Positions 18,777 through 28,163 are shown, numbered from the stretch's first letter. The stretch is DNA of 64,000 bases from an uncultured bacterium (GCA_963977015.1 CAXBMO010000031.1:1-64000); one strand, 5' to 3'. Numbers and translations: made by a program. Notes: generated by a model from the sequence alone, not told the origin.

Positions 18777-20062
18777 TCTTTGGGCAACGCCTCTTCCCAA
18801 CGGCGATTCTCGATCGCCATTTCCGCATCATCCAAGGCGGGTTCCTCGCCTTGACTCCACTCCTGCAACATTGCCAAGAGCTTTTGAGCTTCGTCCAACT
18901 GGTTATCTGAAATGAGCTGCATCAGTTCCGTGATTTGCTCGGTTTTTCCGATACCTGGCGGTCTGCTATCTACCTTCATGATTCGCTCCAACATGCGAAC
19001 ACTCTCCGCGCCCTGACTGGCCGGAGGAGCATGGCGCACTTTCCCATCTTCCAGGATGCGAATACAACGACTCTCCACAGTGGTTAGCACTTGAGGGCTG
19101 TGCGTGGTCACAATGAACTGAGTATTTGGAAAGGTGCGCTGGAGATCGGCAATTATGGTCTGTTGCCACTTTGGGTGGAGATGCAGATCGACCTCATCCA
19201 CCAGCATGATTGCCTCAGACTCCAAGGGATTGGGAAGCTGTGGATTCGCCTGGGCAAGGCGACGCGCAAAGTCCATAACGAGGGCAAGAATATTTCGATA
19301 GCCATCACTGAGCTGGCTAACCAACCGCTCATTGGGAGGCCCTCCATTGTCTAACCACTGGAGGGCAGGAACTGATGGCGTAGTTGCTGTAAAATAGAAC
19401 GACTGTGCTGGCTCCAAAATGGAAGTGACAGCTTGGCGAACACACTCCAAGGCAACCGAGGGCGCAATTTTTCTTTCAACCTTGAATTTTCGGAGTTCTT
19501 CGATCTCCTTTGCGTTACACCAGTCTATAACATCTTGATAATTTGCTGCGGCGTCGAGTGCGGTATTCCAAACATCTAATCTCAGAAATTCCTGATTCTT
19601 ATCTGTAGCTTGAGGATCCTTGGTGAAGTTTCTCGACGATCGGTAGTAAGCCAGCACTGGAATAACCTCTTTGGAATCTGGGTTCTCGTACAATCGACTC
19701 CTCATGTCGAACATTTGATAGTCGATTTCCATTTCTAAGCGGATTGGTAGATCGTCACTTTCTCGTTCTTTGATGAGTTGGTAAGGTAACACCCAATTCA
19801 TCCCGCCGACCATTTCCAATGCCAAATTCAGTTTCTCTTTCTCTTCAGGAAATCGTATATCCTTTGTAAGGGAAATAACTCCTCGCTGAGTGTCATTTCC
19901 CAAATTGTCGGAGACCGGTAAAAACGCAGCAGCAATCGCATCCAACAACGCGGTTTTCCCTCCCCCGTTTACTGCCACGACCACCGACAAGTCTTTTTCG
20001 AACTCAACAGTTAGATCGTCGAAACAACGAAAATTTTGAATTTGGATGGACTTGAGGCGCAT
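18773..20062 (-). CDS. ABC-type AAA ATPase (PtuA-like)
   Basis: IQNFRCF, Walker A VNGGGKT, LSDGYR, VDEVDLHLHPKWQ, TTHSP. Confidence 0.85.
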   Translation of the reverse strand: MRLKSIQIQNFRCFDDLTVEFEKDLSVVVAVNGGGKTALLDAIAAAFLPVSDNLGNDTQRGVISLTKDIRFPEEKEKLNLALEMVGGMNWVLPYQLIKERESDDLPIRLEMEIDYQMFDMRSRLYENPDSKEVIPVLAYYRSSRNFTKDPQATDKNQEFLRLDVWNTALDAAANYQDVIDWCNAKEIEELRKFKVERKIAPSVALECVRQAVTSILEPAQSFYFTATTPSVPALQWLDNGGPPNERLVSQLSDGYRNILALVMDFARRLAQANPQLPNPLESEAIMLVDEVDLHLHPKWQQTIIADLQRTFPNTQFIVTTHSPQVLTTVESRCIRILEDGKVRHAPPASQGAESVRMLERIMKVDSRPPGIGKTEQITELMQLISDNQLDEAQKLLAMLQEWSQGEEPALDDAEMAIENRRWEEALPKE

Positions 20063-20394
20063 TCTAGATTGTCGATAATCTAAAAGCTTTCCCGGCGGTT
20101 CACAAGCTAACCGGTCAGAAGATTTGACATCTTCTGCTACTTTGCTCCTCCAAAAACCCCGATTTCAAGATGTTAGGGTGGGCTTTATTTCTCATTCAGA
20201 AAGCCCGAATCGCGGTTTGAAGGTTGAAAATGGCGTTCCGCAGGTTTCAAGAGGCGTCTCGGTGATTTCAATTCTCAGGTGCGAGTGTCCGAATTTGGCG
20301 ACAGCTTGTTGAGGGACAGGATTGCATCCATTGGTTGCGCAAGGTGAATTTCGTGTTCGACAATGCCCGCTTCCATCGTGAAACATGAGTTGCG

Positions 20395-21417
20395 ATGGAA
20401 GAACCGAACCTGACCCGCGAACATGATCCCGCTTACGAGGCGGAGAAGGAAACCGTGAAACGCCTGCATCAGGCGCGAGGGCAGATTGAGGCGGAGCTGG
20501 CCAAGGTGATCGTGGGCCAGAAAAAGGTGATCGATGAATTGCTGATTTCGCTGCTGGCGGGTGGGCACTGTCTCATCACCGGCGCGCCGGGGCTGGCGAA
20601 GACGCTGCTGGTGAAGACGCTGGCGGACGTGTTCGATCTCTCGTTTCAGCGGATCCAGTTTACGCCGGATTTGATGCCGGCGGACATTACCGGCACGGAG
20701 ATCATCGAGGAAACCGCCGCGGGTCATCGCGAGATGATCTTTCAGCGCGGACCGATTTTTGCGAACATGATTCTGGCGGATGAGATCAACCGGACGCCAC
20801 CCAAAACGCAGGCCGCCTTGCTCGAAGCAATGCAGGAGCACCAGGTGACGATCGCGGGCGAAAGCATGAAGCTGGAGGAGCCGTTTTTCGTGCTGGCGAC
20901 CCAAAACCCGATCGAGATGGAGGGAACCTACCCGCTTCCCGAGGCGCAGTTGGACCGGTTCATGTTCAACGTGGTGATTGATTATTTGAGCGAAGACGAG
21001 GAGGTCGCCGTGGTGACGCAGACGACGGGAATCGCCAAGGAAGGGCCGAAGCAGCTCTTTACCGGCGCGGACGTAATCGCGTTTCACGATGTGGTTAGGC
21101 GCGTGCCCATTTCCGAGGATGTTGCCAGGGCCGCTGTCCGGCTCGCCGCAGCTTCACGTCCGCATCAGGAGAACACGAGCGATTTCGTGAACGATTGGGT
21201 GGAGTGGGGCGCCGGAACCCGTGCGGCTCAGTTCCTCGTGCTCGGCGGAAAGACCCGCGCCCTGTTGGAGGGACGGGCTCACGTCACCGTGGAGGACATT
21301 CGCGCGCTGGCCAAGCCGGTCCTGCGGCATCGCATTTTGGTCAACTATCGCGCCGAGGCGGAAGGGATGAGCGTCGACAAAGTAATCGATCGATTGATCG
21401 AGTCGGCTTTCTCGTGA
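20395..21417 (+). CDS. MoxR-family AAA+ ATPase
   Basis: GAPGLAKT, RIQFTPDLMPAD, DEINRTPPKTQAALLEAM, ATQNPIE.EGTYPLPEAQLDRF. Confidence 0.93.
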   Translation: MEEPNLTREHDPAYEAEKETVKRLHQARGQIEAELAKVIVGQKKVIDELLISLLAGGHCLITGAPGLAKTLLVKTLADVFDLSFQRIQFTPDLMPADITGTEIIEETAAGHREMIFQRGPIFANMILADEINRTPPKTQAALLEAMQEHQVTIAGESMKLEEPFFVLATQNPIEMEGTYPLPEAQLDRFMFNVVIDYLSEDEEVAVVTQTTGIAKEGPKQLFTGADVIAFHDVVRRVPISEDVARAAVRLAAASRPHQENTSDFVNDWVEWGAGTRAAQFLVLGGKTRALLEGRAHVTVEDIRALAKPVLRHRILVNYRAEAEGMSVDKVIDRLIESAFS

Positions 21418-21432
21418 GCTAGCACGCGAATC

Positions 21433-21931
21433 TGTCTCGCACTTTCAGCGCTCGCTATTGCGGTCATCCTGACCCAGGGCATTGCTCGCCCAAGGCTCGC
21501 ATCCCCTGGGCTACCATGTCTTGGCCTTTCAGGCCTATTTCAGCGAGCCGAATCATAGGTTCGCACCTTCCTGAAGCTCTTGACCTCATCGTCACCAAAT
21601 GCATTCCTCATCGAAAAAGTAGGCCTGTAAGGCCGAAATATGCCAGCCCGGGCCAAAGTGAACCGAAGCGAACGACGGCCCGGGTAACAATGCCCACCAA
21701 ACAAGCGCTGAATGTGCGCGACAGGGCTACCATGTCTTGGCCGGTTTCAGCGAGGCGAGTCATGGGTTCGCACCTTCCTGAAGCTCTTGATCTCATCGTC
21801 ACCAAATTCATTCCTCATCGAAAAAATGGGCCTGCAAGGCCGAAATATGCCAGCCCGGGCCAAAGTGAGCCGAAGCGAACGACGGGTCCGGGTAACAATG
21901 CCCACCAAACAAGCGCTGAAAGTGCGGGACA
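21433..21931. repeat. REP-like cluster containing an imperfect tandem duplication (21508-21723 / 21724-21931)
   Basis: Near-identical ~210-bp units; hairpins GGCCTTTCAGGCC and GCGCTGAAAGTGCG; palindrome CCCGGGCC..GGCCCGGG. Confidence 0.85.
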
Positions 21932-22027
21932 GTAATTAGGCTCCCGCTGGCTCCTGGCAGACATTATCCTGGTCTCGGAATCCTATCGCTTGATTCTCGG
22001 CGTCTTCTCCTCTATTCCTCCTGACAA

Positions 22028-22771
22028 ATGGCCGAAACTACCAAAGCCGATGAAACGTTGTGGCGTGCGCTGAGCGACGATGCTCGCAAATCGCTCGAGT
22101 CCCGCAGCTATGCGAAAAAAGATGTGGCGACCGCGCTCGGCACTTCCGGAGTCGATGCTTCGCAGCTGCTCGACAACTCTGAACTTGGCGATGTCTGGAT
22201 TCCTGGCGTCGAGATTTTCTCGCGACGCGTGTTTCAGCAGCGTCACCGGGGTTATTTCGCGGAGTTCTCCCGCAAAACCGATGGTCGGCTCAACGAAATC
22301 GGGATGTGGCCGCAGCAATGGGCCACCGCGCTCATGTTTGCGAACACGGCCAAGGGGTTTCACATCCATCCGCCGCACATTCCCGAAGGCGAAGAACCGG
22401 CGGCATGGTTCCAGAAGTTGTTTGTGGAGAATCCGGACGATTATTCGGCCCGCCCCTATGACAAGGAGCAATGGGACGCGATGTTCTTCATTCGCGGAAT
22501 CTGCGAGATGTTCCTGATTGACGAGCGCGACGGCATGCCGCGTCGCAAGATGCGTTTCTTCATCGAGGGCGACCAGATGCCGGGCGCAAACAACGTTGGC
22601 GTGGTGATTCCGTCCGGGGTCGCCCATGCGCTCCGCGTCGCCAGTTCCGAAGATCTGATCATGGTTTACGGCACCAGCACGACGTTTGTTCCGGAGTTCG
22701 AAGGCCGCATCGAGAGTGGGGTCGAGCAGGACAACATGCCGGAAGATTGGCGTCGTTATTGGGAGAAATAG
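22028..22771 (+). CDS. RmlC-like cupin (dTDP-4-dehydrorhamnose 3,5-epimerase family)
   Basis: RGYFAE, KGFHIH, VIPSGVAHA. Confidence 0.7.
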   Translation: MAETTKADETLWRALSDDARKSLESRSYAKKDVATALGTSGVDASQLLDNSELGDVWIPGVEIFSRRVFQQRHRGYFAEFSRKTDGRLNEIGMWPQQWATALMFANTAKGFHIHPPHIPEGEEPAAWFQKLFVENPDDYSARPYDKEQWDAMFFIRGICEMFLIDERDGMPRRKMRFFIEGDQMPGANNVGVVIPSGVAHALRVASSEDLIMVYGTSTTFVPEFEGRIESGVEQDNMPEDWRRYWEK

Positions 22772-22843
22772 GCGCTCGGAATCAGAGCTTCAACCGCCGT
22801 AATTGATGACCAGGCAGAGGATAGTCATTGGTCCGCACGATCC

Positions 22844-22958
22844 CAGCCTGAAAGGCTGAAACATGTCAGCCCCGGCCAGAGGGCGAAACGCCCGGCGGGC
22901 CGGGGTAGAAATCGATGATGATGAGGCCTGAAAGGCCGAGACACCGGTTTTCAGCCCC
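22844..22958. repeat. REP-like element of the CTGAAAG-loop family
   Basis: CAGCCTGAAAGGCTG, then AGCCCCGGCC..GGCCGGGG, then GGCCTGAAAGGCC. Confidence 0.75.
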
Positions 22959-22970
22959 TGCTGAGCCCTC

Positions 22971-23492
22971 CTAGTAACAACCCAACTTCCGCAGCAGCTT
23001 CCTCCCTCGCGAACGGATCGCGGCGGATCCGCCGGACATCTGCATCTCGATGATGGTGACCAGCTCCTCCTTCAATTCGGGGTAAGGCAGCACAATCTTC
23101 GTGGCGATTTCCATGCAATGGACCTTGATCGCGACCGCTGAATCCGGGTTCAGCAAATGATCCCGGCAAACGCCAAACAGCTCCCCCTGAAACGGTTCCG
23201 GAATATTCCGCGTGCTCAACACCTTCGCCAAAATGCGATGAACTCCGTTGTGATGCGAGGGACGAGCCAACTCCGAAATCGCGGCTTCAAGGTAAGGCTC
23301 CAGCAGTGCGGGATGCCCGACCATCAAATGATCAATGAGCCAGGCCGCTCTCGGCGAAAGAACCGCGTCCCCGGCGACGACGAGTTGCCAAGCCTCGTCA
23401 AATCGCGCTGGATCATCGCCCATCTCTTCCGCGAGTTGCTCGGTCTCAGCTTTGGGGAGTCGTCTTCGTAGAATGCTTCGAAGATCCTTCAT
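22971..23492 (-). CDS. Hypothetical alpha-helical (HEAT-like) protein
   Basis: RAAWLID, PELKEEL, SAAIRSRGRK; ATG 8 nt after the upstream stop. Confidence 0.7.
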   Translation of the reverse strand: MKDLRSILRRRLPKAETEQLAEEMGDDPARFDEAWQLVVAGDAVLSPRAAWLIDHLMVGHPALLEPYLEAAISELARPSHHNGVHRILAKVLSTRNIPEPFQGELFGVCRDHLLNPDSAVAIKVHCMEIATKIVLPYPELKEELVTIIEMQMSGGSAAIRSRGRKLLRKLGCY

Positions 23493-23499
23493 CGTCACG

Positions 23500-24399
23500 T
23501 TAGAGCGTCTCCTGATACATGCGGAAAATGCCGCTGTGGTCGACCGCTTCCCCGCCCCATTGCTCCACCATCTCCTCCCACAGCTCCACGTTGCGGAAGA
23601 GCATCGGTAGCTCGATTCCCGCTTCTTTGGCGACCTCGCGCGCCTCGCGAACATCCTTCAACTGATAGGCCGCCTTTCCCCCGGGCTCAAAACTCCCCGT
23701 CACCATTCGCTCGCCGTGCTCCGCCAGAATCCGGCTTTCGGCGAACCCACCGCGAATCGCATCGCGCACCTTGCCGGGATCAACTCCCGCCTTCTCCGCC
23801 AGGATCAACGCTTCCGCCACGGCGGCGACGGTAATCCCGACAATCGTCTGATTGGCCAGCTTGCAAATCTGCCCCGAGCCGACGGGCCCCAAGTGCGTGA
23901 TCTGGCGTCCCATCACCTCCAGGATCGGCGTTGCCCGCGCAAAATCTTCCGGCTCACCTCCCGCCATGATCGAAAGCGTCGCCTCTTTCGCACCCACCTC
24001 ACCACCGGAGACCGGCGCGTCGACGTAGCCGCAGCCCTTCTCCCGCAGCCTCCCGGCGACTTCGCGCGTTTTCGCCAGCCCCGTTGTGCTCATGTCAATC
24101 ACCAGCGTTCCCGGCTCAATCGCCTCCGCGAGCCCGCCCTCCCCCAGCATCACGGCATCGACCGCCGGGGTATTCGTCAACATCGTGATGATCACACCGC
24201 CCGGAACCTGTCGCGCCACCTCAGCCGCGGAATCCGCACCTTTCGCACCCTCGCATTTCGCCAGAAACCGCTCCGTTTTCGCGGCACTTCGATTCTGCAC
24301 CACCAGACTCGCCCCGGTCGCGTGAAGATGTTTCGCCATCGGCATCCCCATGACCCCCAGACCGATGAATCCCAGTGAATGATCAATCTTTGCAGCCAT
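23500..24399 (-). CDS. NAD(P)-dependent beta-hydroxyacid dehydrogenase (2-hydroxy-3-oxopropionate reductase-like)
   Basis: GFIGLGVMG, DAPVSGG, GQICKLANQ. Confidence 0.9.
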   Translation of the reverse strand: MAAKIDHSLGFIGLGVMGMPMAKHLHATGASLVVQNRSAAKTERFLAKCEGAKGADSAAEVARQVPGGVIITMLTNTPAVDAVMLGEGGLAEAIEPGTLVIDMSTTGLAKTREVAGRLREKGCGYVDAPVSGGEVGAKEATLSIMAGGEPEDFARATPILEVMGRQITHLGPVGSGQICKLANQTIVGITVAAVAEALILAEKAGVDPGKVRDAIRGGFAESRILAEHGERMVTGSFEPGGKAAYQLKDVREAREVAKEAGIELPMLFRNVELWEEMVEQWGGEAVDHSGIFRMYQETL

Positions 24400-24407
24400 G
24401 ACATTCT

Positions 24408-25322
24408 TTATTGGCTCTGCGATTGCCCTGTCTTGGAAGGCTCCGCTTCCGGCACGGAAAACTCGACGCCGACGGTAAGCCCAACGTAGGCATTGGCCGG
24501 CCCGACAAACTTCCCGCTGATGGGCATGACGCCGCGGGGATGATGGCTGGTTCCCGTCACAATGTGCCGATGACCGCAGGGTTTCCCGCTCGTGGGATCA
24601 AAGCCGCGCCAGCCAACTTTCGGGAAATACACCTCCGCCCAGGCATGGGTGCTGCCCCGCGCCGCCCGCGTTGCGTCACAATCCAGATACCCGCTCGCGA
24701 ACCGGGCCGCAATACCCAGGCAACGCAGGCTCTCCATCATCAGCGTCGCAAAATCCCGGCACGAGCCACTCCCCAGGGCCAAGGTCTCACCTGGAGTTTG
24801 CACCCCCGTCTGCTCTCTGCGTTGATACTCAAACGACTCAAAAATCACTTCGGCCAGGTGAATGGCGAACGCCTCCGCAGTCGGGAACGTTCCCGGCCCG
24901 GGCAGCGTACTCACCCAACGAAGCACAGCGGCATAGTCCTCGTGATACACCGGCGCCAGGTAACCGGCGAGGATGCCCTGCTCCAACTCATCGTAGGTGA
25001 AGGGGTAGGGATCAGCCACGTGACTCAGGTGCGGCGGCGATTGGGGATCGAAGAACCGCCGTACCACGACATCGCTCGATACGAGCAACTCCTTGGCGGA
25101 ATCCGAGAAATGGAGGTAGGCGACCGAGTTCCCAAACACATCGCGCGTCCATGAAAGCGACGCCTTTGGCTCCACCAACAACTTGAGCGACTCGACCCGC
25201 AGGTCATGCCCTTCCCGTGGTCGAAGCACCAGGCGATGCGTCCCGAACGTTACCGGAAACGCGTAGCGATAGCGCGTGCGATGCTGGATCCGCAATAAGT
25301 GACTCTCTCGTTCTTCGCTCAT
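24408..25322 (-). CDS. Transglutaminase-like protein
   Basis: DVFGN, GSCRDFA, HAWAEVY, FDPT (Cys-His-Asp triad). Confidence 0.9.
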   Translation of the reverse strand: MSEERESHLLRIQHRTRYRYAFPVTFGTHRLVLRPREGHDLRVESLKLLVEPKASLSWTRDVFGNSVAYLHFSDSAKELLVSSDVVVRRFFDPQSPPHLSHVADPYPFTYDELEQGILAGYLAPVYHEDYAAVLRWVSTLPGPGTFPTAEAFAIHLAEVIFESFEYQRREQTGVQTPGETLALGSGSCRDFATLMMESLRCLGIAARFASGYLDCDATRAARGSTHAWAEVYFPKVGWRGFDPTSGKPCGHRHIVTGTSHHPRGVMPISGKFVGPANAYVGLTVGVEFSVPEAEPSKTGQSQSQ

Positions 25323-26161
25323 GGTTCCAATAATACAGCCTTCCCTTCAAGCTCATCCCTCCCCATCGGCTGATAGTCTGCCGACGTGCACGACACCTGC
25401 ATCGACTCCAGTTCCATCGAACCAAAAATCGTCGCGGACGACGCATCCGCCGCGTCACGCCCCGTCGCGATCCTCACCAGCCCGTTTGGCGAAGAGAGAC
25501 GCGTCGGGTCAAACACAAACCACTGGTTCCCCACACACGCCTCAAAGCAGGCGTGAAAGTCGGGCGGTTGCAAATCGCAGGCATAGCCGGTGAAATAGCG
25601 CGCGGGAATCGATAGCGCGCGGCACAGGGCAATCGACAGGTGCGCGAAATCGCGGCAAACCCCGGCCCGGTCCGTAATCGTGTCGCTGGCCGACGTCCCC
25701 GCATCGGTCGAGCCCGAAACATAGTCGACATTCTCATACACCCAGTCGGAAATGGCGCTCGCCTGCGCCAGGGGATGATCAATGTGGCCAAAATGCTTCG
25801 ACGCAAACAGCCCCAGCCGGTCAGACTGGCAATAGCGGCTCGGGAAGAGATAACGCAGGGACAAACGCGACAGTTTCGTGATCGGAACGCTGTGAATGTC
25901 GCGAACCAGGCGCGAATCCGGATTCGTCGCCGCCGTCACCTCATAGGTAATCGTCAACCGCGTCAAATCTCCGGTATCGATCCTCACATACCGGTTTTGT
26001 CCCGTCTGGATCGGGAAAAAATCGCACTCCGCCCCCTGCGTCACCGTAAAGTTTTCGTCCGTCAGGGTCTGGTTACCGGTCGATAGCGCATGAAGATTCA
26101 GCAGCATCGTGCTGCGGTAGTTCACCTTGTAGTGAAGGTTGGCTGCAATCTGAAAAGACAT
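25319..26161 (-). CDS. Transglutaminase-like protein
   Basis: PSRYCQSD, GVCRDFAH, DFHACFE, FDPT, GRDAAD. Confidence 0.9.
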   Translation of the reverse strand: MSFQIAANLHYKVNYRSTMLLNLHALSTGNQTLTDENFTVTQGAECDFFPIQTGQNRYVRIDTGDLTRLTITYEVTAATNPDSRLVRDIHSVPITKLSRLSLRYLFPSRYCQSDRLGLFASKHFGHIDHPLAQASAISDWVYENVDYVSGSTDAGTSASDTITDRAGVCRDFAHLSIALCRALSIPARYFTGYACDLQPPDFHACFEACVGNQWFVFDPTRLSSPNGLVRIATGRDAADASSATIFGSMELESMQVSCTSADYQPMGRDELEGKAVLLEP

Positions 26162-26303
26162 CGCCCTATCATCGTTCCTTCCGGAATGGGGTAAAGGTAA
26201 GAATCGAAAACAAACGCAGGGTTCGGAACCCTCAGATTTCAGCCGACTTCAGCCCTCGCTCCCCTTTTGCCTTGCGCCTTTCCGCTCCGCCCCATATTTC
26301 AGA

Positions 26304-26477
26304 ATGGCCAAGACCCTTTGTGACTACGCAAAACGTGACCTGGAGAAATACTCGGAAAAACTCCGGGACGGCGCCGCGCCCGAATACCTCTGCAAAAAAT
26401 GCGCCCGCGTAGCCCACCAAAAGAAGCTACTCTGCAAGGCCACCACCTTCCGCCAACGTTTGGCACCTCGAAACTAA
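26304..26477 (+). CDS. Small four-Cys protein (57 aa), absent from the ORF track
   Basis: MAKTLCDYAKRDLEKYSEKLRDGAAPEYLCKKCARVAHQKKLLCKATTFRQRLAPRN; promoter-like TTGCGC...CATATT immediately upstream. Confidence 0.65.
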   Translation: MAKTLCDYAKRDLEKYSEKLRDGAAPEYLCKKCARVAHQKKLLCKATTFRQRLAPRN

Positions 26478-26899
26478 AAAGCAGGCGCAACAAGCCCCAA
26501 TCAACCAAAAGAAGACCCAGGGGGCGAACGCACGATAGAAAGTCAACACCGCCTCCTGGCCTGCTTGATTGTCAGCTGCGTTTGGGAATCCGCCGAGACG
26601 AAGTTCACCTCGCCAGTAGAAGCCGAAAAGGGCCATGGCGGATGAGCCAGAACAGGATCGTGCAACGCGTGATGACTGTGGCATGGCTGAGCCAACAGGG
26701 AGTGCCATCGATCGAACAAATGTGGATCTCCATTCGCTACCCGGACGGACCCAAGAAAGTGCCGAAAGGCAAGTCCGCTAAAGCATGACGAATCGGAACC
26801 GCCGGCTACGGCCCCGTACGGCCGGTGATGTGGGGGGCTGAAGTTCGAACCTTCAGCCTACCCGATTAGCCCTACCCGATTAGCCCTACCCGATTAGCC
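26468..26899 (-). other. Integron attC site interrupted by a group II intron fragment
   Basis: Joining 26572 to the TAGCC after the intron rebuilds (minus strand) GGCTAAC-AATC-AAGCAGGC ... GCCTGCTT-TTTA-GTT. Confidence 0.7.
26573..26866 (+). mobile_element. 5'-truncated group IIC(-attC) intron: maturase C-terminus plus domains V and VI
   Basis: Peptide SRKGPWRMSQN...WLSQQGVPS ending at 26788; DV GAACCGCCGG-CTACGGCCCCGTAC-GGCCGGTG with CGC triad; DVI GGCTGAAG..CTTCAGCC-TACCCGAT. Confidence 0.85.
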
Positions 26900-26913
26900 C
26901 TACTCCATTTGCC

Positions 26914-27516
26914 CTACTCCATTTGCCGGAACCAATCACGCAATGAAAGCTGAAGGCGTAAAACCTCATCTTCAGCAAGCGGGCTGCAATGAGCAATAGG
27001 ACCGCGAAGCGAATTCAGATTTCCCATGATCCGCTCTACCGCCTTCGTGCTGGTAAGAATCCCTCCAAATAGATCCCAATTGCCGGTGATGATACCAGAA
27101 AGCTCGCCAAAGGTTGTGAAGTCTAGTGGATCGTCCGAGCGAACGGTCATTCCGCTGTCCTTTTCTCGTTTGATCCTTTTCTTCACTTCGCCCTGAAGAT
27201 GTTGGTTTACCCGTGAACCATCCCACCAATTGGCTCCTTCGGTATCTTCCAATGTGTCCGATATTAACTCTCGAATGCTCTTCTCTAGACAGTAAAAAAT
27301 CTGGTAGTGCCTAGCCATCTCGGCGGCTTCCTTCCGCACTGCCCGATCAAACTGTGAGTAGTACTGCTGCTGCTCCTCTGATGTTGAGCCTTCAGTGGTG
27401 TGCCCGAGTTCAATATCCTGCTCCCGCTCAACTCTGACGAGATCCTCGGCGATGAGCTGATTTGTCATCCCGAACACCTTGATTGCTGCTTCCTTTTTGC
27501 TAGTCGAGCTCATCAC
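26914..27516 (-). CDS. Swt1-like HEPN domain protein (cassette-borne)
   Basis: FYCLEKSIRELI, LDFTTFGEL..II..NW..F, HEPN motif RGPIAH. Confidence 0.75.
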   Translation of the reverse strand: MMSSTSKKEAAIKVFGMTNQLIAEDLVRVEREQDIELGHTTEGSTSEEQQQYYSQFDRAVRKEAAEMARHYQIFYCLEKSIRELISDTLEDTEGANWWDGSRVNQHLQGEVKKRIKREKDSGMTVRSDDPLDFTTFGELSGIITGNWDLFGGILTSTKAVERIMGNLNSLRGPIAHCSPLAEDEVLRLQLSLRDWFRQME

Positions 27517-28153
27517 CGTCGAGAAGATTTTCCTTAAGGCTTTTGAATATCGCGTTGAAGACAGATATGTCAGACGTGGCCGGTAGGTTGAGGTTAATCG
27601 TGTATGATAGATTCATGCCGACACGATTTGAAGAGCTTGGGTTGTTTCCGACTTGGCGGTGGGGTTGAGGAAGCGTTATTGGACTCTGAATCGGCGAAGT
27701 CGACTCTTCCGCCGGAGCAGTGGTGCCCTCAAAATCAGCCAACTCCCGCAGATTTTTGTAGGTCCGAAGAATCAGAGATACAACATTCGAATCCGATTCT
27801 TGACCAGTCACTTGGACAACCAATCCCTTGAGTTCAGAGTCATTCAACTCGTGTGCATACTCGTTTGAGTCGTAGAGCGATTTGTACCCGAAGCGGATCG
27901 CCTCAGCGATTGCTGACCCAGCCTCGCTTGGGTTGCGGTAGCGGGTGTAAATGTCTGAGGGAGTTCCATCAGAATTCACAAATCCAATTTTCTTGAGAAA
28001 GGGGACAAGAGCGCGACCGCTTCCGCCCTTCATCGCAAGCTTGGTATTCACGAAATCCCCAGTCACCTTGCCGGGTGTCGCGGCATTGCTAATCTTCTCT
28101 AGGCACGTAGTAATCGTCCCTGGTGCTGCAAGATACGGTAGTGTGTCTGCCAT
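27500..28153 (-). CDS. DUF5343-like protein (cassette-borne)
   Basis: LPY...PG, FLKKIGF..SDGTP..Y, C-terminal LSYTINLNLPATSD..VFNAIFKSLKE; overlaps the HEPN gene. Confidence 0.7.
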   Translation of the reverse strand: MADTLPYLAAPGTITTCLEKISNAATPGKVTGDFVNTKLAMKGGSGRALVPFLKKIGFVNSDGTPSDIYTRYRNPSEAGSAIAEAIRFGYKSLYDSNEYAHELNDSELKGLVVQVTGQESDSNVVSLILRTYKNLRELADFEGTTAPAEESTSPIQSPITLPQPHRQVGNNPSSSNRVGMNLSYTINLNLPATSDISVFNAIFKSLKENLLDGDELD

Positions 28154-28163
28154 AATTTTTTGA

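Noticed and set aside
17767-20390. Complete retron (Ec78-like)
   Set aside because: No reverse transcriptase gene and no clear msr-msd inverted repeats beside the ATPase/HNH pair.
21516-21939. ORFs within the repeat cluster
   Set aside because: They are translations of the duplicated REP units.
26399-26788. 129-aa ORF as a real gene
   Set aside because: It is a chimera of attC sequence and the intron maturase tail, with no RT domain.
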